33,175 bases of DNA from Octopus bimaculoides (Eukaryota). Of the stretch, positions 11,455 through 23,539 are shown in pieces (positions within the stretch are counted from its first letter, which is position 1; each line of letters begins with the position of its first letter). The stretch spans positions 14,868,799-14,901,973 of the forward strand of contig NC_069003.1 of NCBI RefSeq assembly GCF_001194135.2, read 5' to 3'. The translations under genes and the position numbers were made by a program. A model generated the notes under the pieces. The model was not told the origin of the DNA. It saw nothing but the letters and a program-made list of their open reading frames with translations, and did not search any database.

Positions 11455-11640
11455 GTTGAGGGAGCGGGCAAGTCGATTACACAGACCCCAGTGCCCAACT
11501 GGCACTATTTTCCATCGATCTCGAGATAACGAAAGGTAAAGTCCGACACAGTGGTATCTGAAGTCAGATCATCAGGAGTCGGAAGAAATGCGGTTGAGCA
11601 TTTTGTTCGACGCACTAACGATTCTTCCAGTTCACCGTCT
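11455..11640 (-). mobile_element. SINE family B, degenerate
   Basis: agtcgattacacagacccca...aaaggtaaagtccgac...cactaacgattcttccagttcacc, homologous to 5637-5808. Confidence 0.75.
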
Positions 11641-11671
11641 CAACAACAATAATATCTTGTAATTTTGACTT

Positions 11672-11860
11672 TAGGGTGGGGAATTTTGTGGGAAAGAGGA
11701 ATCCTATAACATCAACTTCAGTGCACAAAGGGTATTTTATTGCTCCAGAAAGATGACAGGGTAAGTCGACCTCGGTGATCTTGGAATTCAGAACATAAAG
11801 AGTCGGAAGAAAAGCATCTAACCATTTTGTTCGACTCGCTAACGATTCTTACAGCACAGT
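11672..11860 (-). mobile_element. SINE family B, degenerate, tandem to the previous copy
   Basis: gatgacagggtaagtcgacctcgg...ttcagaac...cgctaacgattctt. Confidence 0.7.
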
Positions 11861-12112
11861 TTAACAATAACAGTAACATTTTTTTTACGTTACTCTTGAC
11901 TTTTTATTTTCTGTTTACGCGTATATAACATTTAATAGCTTTTGTCTTCGTCCACAGGCATAATGAATTTGTTTCTACTTCTGTAATGAGTGCTTTGATC
12001 AATAAATATTATTTTTAAACTCTAAAATTTATTCAGATGCATACATTTTAACAAAATGAACAGTAACAGAACAAATTTAAGATTATATTTGCATTCGAGC
12101 CACAGTTGCATA

Positions 12113-12487
12113 TTGACCCTCTGAGCGCGGAAAGCGGATATATCCGCTCAAAATTTTATCATCTTTCACCGTGAAAAGCGTTTTTACAGCACGGTTAAAA
12201 AAAAAAATGAAATATAATAAAACAGAGAAAGCAAAAAAAGCCGCTTCTTATGCTACGAGAATTTCTACAAAAGACAATTTTTCAGATTTTCATAATTTTT
12301 TCCCCACATATTTCATAAAATATCTCTTTACAGAACAAAAATCAAATACTTTTAGTGGTGAATAAAAAAACGATACAGAGGATACAGAAAAAGTATTGCA
12401 GAAGCAGAAAACATCAATTCTATTTCTTGGTGGATAATTAAAATCGTTACGCGAACGAAAATGATATTCATTTATGCAAAGTGTTAA
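12113..12487. mobile_element. Possible piggyBac-type non-autonomous remnant
   Basis: TTGA-CCCTCTG left end followed by the perfect 16-bp palindrome agcggatatatccgct (12133-12148); weak possible right end caaagtg-TTAA (12477-12487). Confidence 0.3.
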
Positions 12488-12499
12488 AAATCTTCAAAT

Positions 12500-12702
12500 C
12501 TTGAGACAGGGCCAGCAATTTTAGGGGAGGATTATGTCAATTTCATCGACCCTCGAGCTCAGTTGGTGCTTATTTTGTCGACTTCAAAAAGATGAAAGAT
12601 AAAGTGGACCTCTTCGATTGTATGTGAAATCAAAACAAAGAATCGGAAGAAGCGTCTCTATCCATTTTGTCCGGCGTGCTAAACATTCTGTTAGCTCACA
12701 GC
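12500..12702 (-). mobile_element. SINE family B, degenerate
   Basis: gggccagcaattttagggg...catcgacc...gatgaaagataaagtggacc...ccggcgtgctaaacattctgttagctcac. Confidence 0.75.
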
Positions 12703-13179
12703 TGAATAAGTTACATATTAAGTAAACAAATATTTACACACTCTGTAAAAATAGATCAGAGAGCTAGGAAACCGAAAGAGAAAGAATGGATCGCTTAGTT
12801 TTGATTAACATTAAAACTTCATCAGAGTTAACTGACTTTCTTTTGGCGACTGAGAGAATGTAGTAACGTTACGTAGACGAAATTTATATAATAAACTTCC
12901 TCAAAGACCAAGGCAGTCCTGATCCTATTTACGTATCAGGGCAAAGTTGACTGCGTCTGTTAATTAAACGAGGCTGTCGATATGGTGTCTTTCAGATTAA
13001 ATTTGTAAAAAGAAAAAGTTATAACCATATTTTAATAAACATGTATTTAACCTCACTGAAACTCTTGCTTGGAAATTTAATCTGAAGTACGTTTTGTTGG
13101 TGCAGCATTTAATTAATATTCGCGGCCATTTTAGTACCACTATGCAAATACCATCTTCATCTACCCTATTTTTACAGCA

Positions 13180-13182
13180 TTC

Positions 13183-13220
<38 letters not shown>

Positions 13221-13619
13221 CTATCTGTCTGTCTATCTCTATCTTTCTCTTTATGTCGTACTTTGTCACTCTGTAACGCATAATTATTAACTCTCTCTGT
13301 CTCTCTCCTTTGTCTTCGTAACAGATTCTTTTCCCATATTTTTCATGTTCTCTCTCTCTCTCTCTCTCTCTCCTCCTCTCACTCTTTCACACACTCTCTC
13401 AAACATATTCAAAGTTAGCTCTATCCATTCCCTCTAACACTACATGCACATTGATTACATCAATCTCTCTCTCTTCACCACTCATTTTCCCATCTCTCTC
13501 TCCCTCCTCTATCTTCCCTCCCACTCCCACACCATTTATATTCAATTCTCTCTCTCTCTTCGTTCTCTTTCTTCTCTCTTGCGTATTCACTAATATTCTC
13601 TTTCCGTGACATTCCCTTT

Positions 13620-13665
<46 letters not shown>

Positions 13666-13747
13666 CGATCGCCCTCTCCTTTCTCGTTCGCTTATTCTTG
13701 GTTTTACGGGACATTCTCTCATCTTTCTCTTACTCTTTCTCTGACTA

Positions 13748-13789
<42 letters not shown>

Positions 13790-14043
13790 ATGACGCTTAA
13801 CATTTCCCCCCTCATTCTCTTTCTCACTCCTCCCATCTTTCTATCTCTGTCTCTCTCTTCCGGTTTTATCAAACATTCTCTCTATTTTTCTCTTTTTTGC
13901 TACGAATGATTCATCCGTTCTTCCAACTGGTTCACTCTCTTTCTCACTTTCTTTTTCATTACTCTCTCTCACACACACACACTCTCTCTCTCTCATTCAA
14001 TTCACTCATCTTATTCTCTATTATTCATATGAAATCTTCTTCA

Positions 14044-14079
<36 letters not shown>

Positions 14080-15000
14080 TTTTCTCTCTCATTTAATCCC
14101 TATAATAATCAATCCGTTTCTCTTTTAAATCTCTGTTCGGAACCAAGCTCATCTTTCTCTTCTTTACACCTTTGCTTTCCACTTCTCTCTCTCCCCCTCT
14201 CCCCCTCTCCCTATCTCTCTCTCACTCCCTCTCTCGCATTGTATGCGTTCTCCTTCGTTATGCATTCTCTCTCCGTCTCATTCCCACTCAGTTAAACTTT
14301 CACTCTTTCTCTTCCTCCTTTCTCTCCTCTCTTTCCATCTCTCTCACTCTACCCTTCCTCTCACTTTCTCTCTTTTCATATCTTTCTTTCACTATCTCTC
14401 TCTCTTTCTATTCGTCTCTGTCTCTCCCTCTCTCTTCCTTTCTCTTTCTCCCAGTGTCTCTTTCTCTTTCTCTCTCTGTATGTCTCTCCTTGCGTTATTC
14501 TCTCTCATTCTCTCCGTGGTTTTCTCTTTCTTTCTATTTCTGTATGTGTCTCTCTCTCTTTCTCATGTTCTACGCCTCTCCCTCTCCCTTTTCCTCTCTC
14601 TTTCTATCGCCCTCTTTCACTTTCTCTTTCTTTCTCACTGTAGCTCATTCATCCGCTCTTTATATCTCTGTCTCCTCCCTCTCTCCTTTAGCTCTTTCTA
14701 GTCTCTCTCTCTCTTTTTCTTTCTCGCTGTCTCCCCCTCTGTAAACTTCTCCCTCTTTGTCTCTCTATCGCATTCTCCTTGATTCTCTTCATGCCTTTAT
14801 TTTTCGCTCTCTTTCTTCCGCTCAATCCCCCCTTTCTCTTTTTCTCTCTTTCAATCTTTCTGTCTGGTCTCTATCTTTGGCCCTCATCGTAGCTCTTTAT
14901 TGCTCCCTGTATCTCTGCTTCTCCCCCCTCTCTCTCTAGCTTTCTCACACTCTCTTCCCCCTCTGTGTGTCTCTCTCTCTCTGGCTTTGTCTCTCTAATA
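13180..15000. repeat. About 1.8-kb degenerate (CT)n polypyrimidine tract
   Basis: The plus strand is overwhelmingly C/T, with several pure (CT)n runs. Confidence 0.95.
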
Positions 15001-15234
15001 CCACTATATTTTCTCCTTTCTCATGTCAAACCATAGACCAAACGTTCATTCACGCTAGACGACCAGCATGGATTAACCAAATATGGCTGCCGTTTGTACA
15101 GCTTGCGTGATTCTGAGATACAACAAACTAGAAATCGATGGTTAAATCACCTGATCGATATTTCTACAATGATTTTTCCACAACATATTGCAGTTAGATC
15201 GAATTCTGACACGAACTAATTTCAGAAAGTTTGC

Positions 15235-15980
<746 letters not shown>

Positions 15981-16494
15981 GTGTATGTTCGTTTGTGTAT
16001 GGATTTGTCCACGTGTTTGTCCACGTGTGCGCGTATGTTGGTATCGGGCAATTAGAACAGTCGCTTACAACCATACTCGTTCGACCGTTTAACACTCGCA
16101 TCCAGTAGAAACCAAATGACTTGTAAATGACAGAGGGATTGAACAAGTCTTACACAAACCATGCCTGACAGATTTCTCCATCATCTTGTGACAGGTGGGG
16201 TTCGGAGTAAATGACGTTCCATGATGTAAAGAACATGTCAAGTGTAAACAACGATACCTTATAATTACCTTAAATCGATGAGATCCTGTTGAAGTATTCG
16301 CCATAAACGGTAAACTTAGCCAGGTAGAAACGTGGACAGAACTTCGCAGGGTGTAATATAGTAGCGTTGATGAATGGTCGTAAACGAACCTCATATTTAA
16401 ATATGGAAGGATGTACACGTTATATAAGATGTATTTCTTATTTATCACCCATTCCAATATCTCTTCGTATTTTTATGTGACACACTCTTTCTCC

Positions 16495-16700
16495 CTAATT
16501 CTCTATCTCTGTCTACCTGTCTGTTTACCTCTCTCTCTCTCTCTCTTATTCAGTCACCCAGTCAGTCTGTCTGTCTGCCTATCTGTCTCTCTGTTTATCT
16601 CTGTTTTCTCTCTCACGTTGGCTCTGTGAGTATCTGTCCCTCTTCCGCCCTCACTTTTCACTCTATCTATCTGAATCGTCCTCCCCCCCCTCTCTCTCAC
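16495..16700. repeat. CT/CTGT low-complexity tract
   Basis: Directly visible. Confidence 0.8.
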
Positions 16701-17212
16701 CAATACATACAAACATATACAATTGTAATATACCCAAAAGCTTCCCTCACATCACACATGCCGAAAGCCACAAGGATATTTCATTCCGCAATTAGAGAGA
16801 CGACACATACTCCCAGGTCAATATTATTTCTAGTTTTTTTGGTAAAATGTTCCTTGAGTTCTACTCTGACTACGATAATCAGGGTTGTTCTATATTCAAT
16901 CCCTATCAGTGAAACAAGTACACAAGCACATATGTACACACATATAACAGTACATGTATAAGCCTGTACTTTTATTTAATAGCACACGAATTGGAAGAAT
17001 TCTTGATTCTTGACATTTTCTCCCCTCCTGAAGAGATGACTATAACTGGCATTTCATAATCATGGTGCATGCGTTAGAGGTGGAGAAAGTTTTCATAAAT
17101 CAAGATTTTTTTCATATCATATTTGACATACTATTTTGTGTCTGTGTTGTTTGTATATTTGTAAACAAGCTAATGGGCATTCTGAGATATGTCTCTTCCC
17201 TAATTATTTGTT

Positions 17213-17217
<5 letters not shown>

Positions 17218-17271
<54 letters not shown>
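17218..17271. repeat. (AAT)18
   Basis: Directly visible. Confidence 0.95.
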
Positions 17272-17273
<2 letters not shown>

Positions 17274-18345
17274 TTTGATTTATTTGGCACAAGGGTGAAG
17301 GATGAGGGGGACAATATAAAGACAGACACAAAGTGTGGGGGTTTACATATAAGAAAGTAATAAAAAAAAATAGAAAGAGAGAAAGAAAGTATACACCGTA
17401 TACACAAAGGTTAAACAAATTTAAAAGAGGCGGGGAAGATGATAGAGATGTGGCCCTCTTGGCATAGGAAGGTCTCCAGGGATAACCGAGGAACCCCACT
17501 GTCCGAGATTTCCCTGAAACTCCAAATCCTTCTCTCCCACTCACAGGTACCATCCACTCTTACCATTTTCGCAACTTTCACCCACCTTTCAATAAACTCA
17601 CTTCCTTTTCAAGTGTAACTTGAAGAAGTCAATGAGAACTCTACCAAAGAGGAATGTATCTGTCCTCAAGCCTTTCAGCGTTGTCCACCAAAGAACGGCT
17701 TCCGCCACAGCCACGAAGCAAAGGAAAACTGCCTTGCCAACTCGACAGACAGATCCGTCCCACACATGATAGCAGCTGTGCGACCTAAACCCACAAGTCA
17801 ACAANNNNNNNNNNNNNNNNNNNNNNNNNNNNNNNNNNNNNNNNNNNNNNNNNNNNNNNNNNNNNNNNNNNNNNNNNNNNNNNNNNNNNNNNNNNNNNNN
17901 NNNNNNNNNNNNNNNNNNNNNNNNNNNNNNNNNNNNNNNNNNNNNNNNNNNNNNNNNNNNNNNNNNNNNNNNNNNNNNNNNNNNNNNNNNNNNNNNNNNN
18001 NNNNNNNNNNNNNNNNNNNNNNNNNNNNNNNNNNNNNNNNNNNNNNNNNNNNNNNNNNNNNNNNNNNNNNNNNNNNNNNNNNNNNNNNNNNNNNNNNNNN
18101 NNNNNNNNNNNNNNNNNNNNNNNNNNNNNNNNNNNNNNNNNNNNNNNNNNNNNATAAATTTCTAAAGTAGAACATCCACCGATTCCATTGAACGACTGGT
18201 AGAGGGTTGTGAGCTCCTAACGTCATTATAGGTCCAGGCGCCCAGTTTCGGTCTTTTCTACACCCAGGACTGCAGCTCCGTGAAGGAAATGTGCTGCGGA
18301 AAGACGAGCCTTACACACGGAGCCCACACACGCTAACTGTTCGAT
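17272..18345 (-). mobile_element. Tx1/L1-clade LINE, 5'-truncated 3' portion (gap 17805-18153)
   Basis: Minus translation: SFTELQSWV*KRPKLGAW (~18230-18290); KAVFLCFVAVAEAVLWWTTLKGLRT...FFKLHLKRK and EFIERWVKVAKMVRV (~17530-17760), homologous to ORF 29147-29464. The 3'UTR ends cccttgtgccaAATAAAtcaaatc(ATT)n. Confidence 0.8.
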
Positions 18346-18351
18346 AACAAC

Positions 18352-18399
<48 letters not shown>
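18346..18399. repeat. (AAC)2(AAT)16
   Basis: Directly visible. Confidence 0.95.
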
Positions 18400-18401
<2 letters not shown>

Positions 18402-18409
18402 AAATATTT

Positions 18410-18715
18410 TTTCCTCTTATTTGTTTTACTAGTTTCAGTCATTCGGCTGCGGCCGTGCTGGAGCACCGCCTTGAAGGTTATTTTTTTTTAGCGACGAAAG
18501 CGACGCCAGGGCTTATTCTTTGTAAGCCTAGTACTTATTCAATCGGTGTCATTTGCCAAACCGCTAAGATACGGGGATGTAAACACAACATTGATTGTCA
18601 AGCGAAGGTGAGGGAACAAACACAGACTCAAAGGCATAAATATATACATACATATATGCACACACAAACACATGCACACACACACACATACACACACACA
18701 CACACGCACATATAG
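18410..18715 (-). mobile_element. SINE family A, 3' half plus internal (CA)/(TA) microsatellite
   Basis: tttcagtcattcggctgcggccgtgctggagcaccgcc...ccgctaagatacggggatgtaaacac. Confidence 0.85.
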
Positions 18716-18738
18716 TTTAAATATATATATACTATATA

Positions 18739-19215
18739 TATAGTTTATAACCAGTTAAAAGAAGAAAAGAAAATGGAGATAAAGAAGTTAACAATTATTT
18801 ATTATTAACAAATTGATCATCTTCGCTTCTAACAGCCGTTTCAATTATTACTCAATAATTAAATTACAAATTTGAACATTAGATTTACATTTATATGATA
18901 TGAGTGTAATTTCATCAGAGAAAAAAATGATGTACTTTGGGATGGTACATGTGGGTTTATCAATTCATTTCACCAGTTTGAAATGTCTGCTGAAATGAAT
19001 TGATAATCCCACATATAACATCCCAAGGTACATCCTCTGATGAAATTATACTCATGTCACATAAATGTAAATTCAATGTACAAATTTGTAATTAAATCAT
19101 TGAGTATTAATTGAAATGACTGTAAGAAACGAAGATGACCAATTTGTTAATAATAAACATTTGTTAACTTCCTAATCTCCATTTTCTTTCTTCTTTTAAC
19201 TGGATATAAACTATA
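18739..19215. mobile_element. 477-bp foldback (near-fully palindromic) MITE-like element
   Basis: Arms 18739-18976 and 18987-19215 are reverse complements (about 24 substitutions and two indels by hand, roughly 90% identity), with a 10-nt loop. Termini tatagtttata...tataaactata. Confidence 0.9.
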
Positions 19216-19243
19216 CACTTAATATATACCCATTGAACCAGTA

Positions 19244-19493
19244 TTTCCTTTTATTCTTTTACTTGTCTCAGTCATTTGACTGCGGCCATGCTGGAGCACC
19301 GTCTTTCGTCGAACGAATCGACCCCAGGTCATATTTTTGTTAACGTAGTACTTAATCTATCTGGCTATTTTGCTGAACCGCTAAATTACAGGGACGTAAA
19401 CACACCAACATCGGTTGTCAAGCAATGGTGGGGTGACAAACACAGACACACACACACACAAATACACACACACACACACACACAGACACACAG

Positions 19494-19524
<31 letters not shown>

Positions 19525-19726
19525 GACATATATATATATGTGTGTGTGTGTGTGTCTGTGTATTACTGGCTTCTTTCAATTTCCGTCTACCAAGTCCACT
19601 CACAAGACTTCGGCCGGCCCGACGTTATAGTAGAAGAACCTTACCCAAGTTGCCACACAGTGGGGCTGAACTCGGAACCATGTGGTTAGGAAGCAAGCTT
19701 CTTACCGCACATCCACACCTACGCCT
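19244..19726 (-). mobile_element. SINE family A, full length with internal (CA)/(TG) microsatellite
   Basis: tRNA-like head aggcgtaggtgtggatgtgcggtaagaagcttgc...ggttccgagttcagcccc at ~19660-19726; internal microsatellite ~19440-19560; 3' half and tail to 19244. Confidence 0.9.
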
Positions 19727-20779
19727 ATTATATATAACAGAACAGGAAATAGGAAAGTTTTAGGCATTAATTATTCCCCATTACACGTTCTTCATGTGCT
19801 TAATAGGAATTACAAAGTTTTAAATGTTAGACTTGTAAGGAAACTTCTATTAGAAATGCTATAAGTGAGAAATAATTTTATATTATTTATATTATTCCTG
19901 TGTGTGAAGTATTTCAAATAGAAATGTCTATACATGTCTATGTAGGAAGTGAAACACGTGTAATGGTGGCTAAATAATACCAAAAAATTTCCAACTTCCT
20001 GTTTTGTTATGAAATTATTCTTCTCATAATACTTCCATAGTTCTCAATCTTAATATGCACTCTGAATGACTTGCAGCAACAACTGAGACTGCATATGGGA
20101 TTATGATAAATAAACACATATGCTTCAAGAGTAAACAGCTGGAATATATCCTAACTATATATANNNNNNNNNNNNNNNNNNNNNNNNNNNNNNNNNNNNN
20201 NNNNNNNNNNNNNNNNNNNNNNNNNNNNNNNNNNNNNNNNNNNNNNNNNNNNNNNNNNNNNNNNNNNNNNNNNNNNNNNNNNNNNNNNNNNNNNNNNNNN
20301 NNNNNNNNNNNNNNNNNNNNNNNNNNNNNNNNNNNNNNNNNNNNNNNNNNNNNNNNNNNNNNNNNNNNNNNNNNNNNNNNNATATATATATATATAATGA
20401 CAAAGGAGCAAGTATTACGTGATAAATTTCGGGAGAGGCTTCTCACCCACAAATTGTATACACCGTCACTTGTACTTTTATTGTTTCCATGATGACCTTT
20501 TCCATGCACTTACGTAAATACCTTCCCAAATAAACATACACTCCATTTAAAAAGGTTGCGAGGAATTCATGAGGTGACACAAAAGCACTTATCTCTGAGT
20601 GCACTGCTTCTTATACTAGAAACAGCTGTAAACTAATGAAGCTGGTTCTGTATTTCCTGTTCGCTTATCATCTCATTAATTTCATATTATGCTCTCAACT
20701 CTCCTGGTGCTTGATTTTAAAGCACATGAATATCGAGTTCTAATAACTAGTTAGTAGTATCGCTATAGCTATGTAGTTG

Positions 20780-21054
20780 TATGCGCGCGTGTGTGTATGC
20801 GTGTGTGTGAGTGTGTGTGTTTGTGTGTACGTGTGTGCATATCTTGGTGCTAGAAACATTTCTAGTATATTCGTGTAAATATATCAGCGTATAATGCCTG
20901 TTTGAATATGTATTTCGACTAGATGTACACATTACCTATTGATGGATGCTTTATACGTGTATAGAATTTTAAGTGCAAGCAATTGGAAGAAACCTAGTTC
21001 TATATCTGTATATACATTTCACTCTATCTATCTGTCTATCTATATATCTATCAA

Positions 21055-21095
<41 letters not shown>

Positions 21096-21164
21096 TTGTC
21101 TGTCGGTCTGTTTGTATGTATGTGTGTGTGCATGCGTGAGTGTATGTACTTATTTACACATATG

Positions 21165-21210
<46 letters not shown>

Positions 21211-21250
21211 CATACATACATATATGCAAGTTGGTGTGTGTATAAATATG
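20780..21250. repeat. (TG), (TCTA), (TCTG), (TA) compound microsatellites
   Basis: Directly visible. Confidence 0.85.
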
Positions 21251-21959
21251 TCTATATGTTCGAGTTTCAGCGTAGATACATATATTATTTGCCGTCTGAG
21301 TATGTAACCGTTTCTGCTAATCTTTATCCGTCTCGAAATTTTCCACGCCTTTCTAATTCTCTTTCTTATATTATTCGTCTCTTTAAGCGATTCTTTTAGC
21401 TGTTTCTCGGTAACAACTTTATTTACAGAACAATAGGAAAGAAACTAACAGTAAGTGAGTTAAACTAGGTTAACATAGAGTCGGATATGTGAAAAAGAAA
21501 AAAAAAATTAGATTGACCGAACGAAGCGAATTAATTTGTGACGGCCATTTTGTTTTCAGGAAAAAATCGGCGGGAAAGAGGCGTCGGTGAAAATAGAACG
21601 TGGTGGTGATGGTGGTGATAATGGTAGACGAAATAACGTACCTTGTTCAAATGACAAACACGAAAATAGGTTTGTAAGCTGATGAGATTTGCAGTGTGAA
21701 TGGTATTAAGGATGATGTGAGTCGAATTGGATGAAATTGCAGCCATCACGAAGAAGAGTGACAAATCTTTAGAAAGGATGTCGAATCTGATGTGCTACAT
21801 CGTTTATATCTACAGAAGGATAACACTATGTTACAAAAGCTACATCCCAGCTGAATTATAACACATCACTGATGCCTTTGTTATTGATGTGTGGGCCTGG
21901 TGAGGTACTACTTCTTCATAAAACTCCTAGTTGATGTTGTTGTATTTGTTGTATTTATC

Positions 21960-22265
21960 CTTCAGATTAATTTTGTCTCCCACCTTTTCTCCTCCTCCCT
22001 ATCCTTCTTCTCCTCTTCTTTCTTCTTTATCCACTTCACCATTTTCTTCAATTTCTTCATCATTTCCTTCTTCGTCTGCTTTACTTTTAACTTCCTCACC
22101 TCCTTCTTCGTCTTCTTCATCTCATTGTTTATTTTGTTGCTCAGTTCTTCTTCTTCTTCTTCTTCTTCTTCTTCTTCTTCTTCTTCTTCTTCTTCTTCTT
22201 CTTCTTCTTCTTCTTCTTCTTCTTCTTCTTCTTCTTCTTCTTCTTCTTCTTTTTTCTTCTTCTAT
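21960..22265. repeat. Degenerate then pure (TTC)n (pure run ~22145-22250)
   Basis: Directly visible. Confidence 0.95.
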
Positions 22266-22339
22266 TGATGTCGTCATCACAACTTATCTAAACATTTTCT
22301 CTCGTTCGACCTAACAATACACAGTACTATCGCCATTAT

Positions 22340-22525
22340 ATTCACTACGACGACCACCGCCACCAGCATCACCACCATCACGATCACAAACACCACCACC
22401 TCCATCATCACCACCACATCCATACCATCACCCTTGCCATTACCGTTACCTCCACCCCACCCCCACTCCCGCGACCTAGAATTAAGTCCATCATAGCCAC
22501 CATCGCATCCATCATTGTCCATCTT
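22340..22525. repeat. (CAC)/(CAT) low-complexity tract
   Basis: Directly visible. Confidence 0.8.
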
Positions 22526-22694
22526 CCACTATTTACACTCCATTGTTCCTCAACAAATGTTTCCTATTCAAATAATCCATTCGTTTTCATGGCACATCTG
22601 TGCACACCATATCATTGTAGTCAGTTAATACCTTTCTAGATTATATATAGTTGTATATTTGCATGCACTATAAATGCATGGATGCATGTATGCA

Positions 22695-22738
22695 TCTCTC
22701 TCTCTCTCTCTCTCTATCGATTTATCTATCTGTCTGTT

Positions 22739-22811
<73 letters not shown>

Positions 22812-22832
22812 GATTATGTATCTATCAATCAA
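22695..22832. repeat. (CT)n, (TCTG), (TCTA)n
   Basis: Directly visible. Confidence 0.9.
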
Positions 22833-22836
22833 TATA

Positions 22837-23449
22837 CATGGTGTTTCAAAAAATGTGATATCATTTCGCAATCTAATGACCTTGCCAATTCGTGTTCAAG
22901 TGACTTCATGTGTAGAAACAAGTCAGAATTTTATGTTAATGTCTGATATGTTTATCTTTTCAGGTATAGAAATGGTATTCATTGGAAGAGAAAAGGCGTT
23001 TTGTGTATTGGAGAATGCTTGAACACAGTCGAACAAGACTGTGCAGCATTTGTGACAGAGTTCTCTAAAAGATCACCAACGGCAATGCAGATTTGCACAT
23101 GGCACAAAAAATTCAAAGAGGAAGGCTGTCTGTGCAGAACAAAAGGATCTACATGACGACTAACATCGGAAGAGACGGTTGAGCGGGATCGCCAAAAACT
23201 TATGCGAAGTCCATAAGAAGAATAAGTCCCGAAACAGATTCCTTCAATGAAAGTTTGGCGCGTCCTGAGGAAACGCTTGCTAATGAAACCCTACAAGCTG
23301 CAGCTCGTTCGGGCCATAACATGTGCCCACCCTCTTCCTGCAAACAGAGAGGCACCCAAGCAGAGAATCACTACCGCACTGGAGACTCTTACCCACGACA
23401 TGTTGCAGCGTGTTTGGGAGGAGTTAGACTACCGACCTGACCTGTGCGA
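22837..23449 (+). mobile_element. Tc1/mariner-superfamily element (rosa/DD41D-like), internally deleted, right end missing
   Basis: TA then catggtgtttcaaaaaatg left TIR. ATG at 22972: MVFIGREKAFCVL...WHKKFKEEGCLC...SEETVER...KVWRVLRKRLLMKPYKLQLVRAI (HTH region), fused near 23320 to PLPAN...KQRITTALETLTHDMLQRVWEELDYR (C-terminus). Catalytic triad region absent. Confidence 0.8.
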
Positions 23450-23539
23450 ATGATCTTCGGGAGACGGGAGACACATATATACATGTATTCGACGGCCTTC
23501 TTTCAGNNNNNNNNNNGTGCGAATGATCTTCGGGAGACG

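Noticed and set aside
13399-14939. Leu/Ser/Phe-rich ORFs up to 190 aa
   Set aside because: They are translations of the CT tract, which lacks stop codons by composition.
15030-15220. Open frame after the CT tract with a possible AG acceptor
   Set aside because: No good donor and no recognisable peptide; the pyrimidine tract is a microsatellite.
16089-16457. 122-aa minus-strand ORF in non-repeat DNA
   Set aside because: No recognisable domain and no convincing splice context; compatible with chance.
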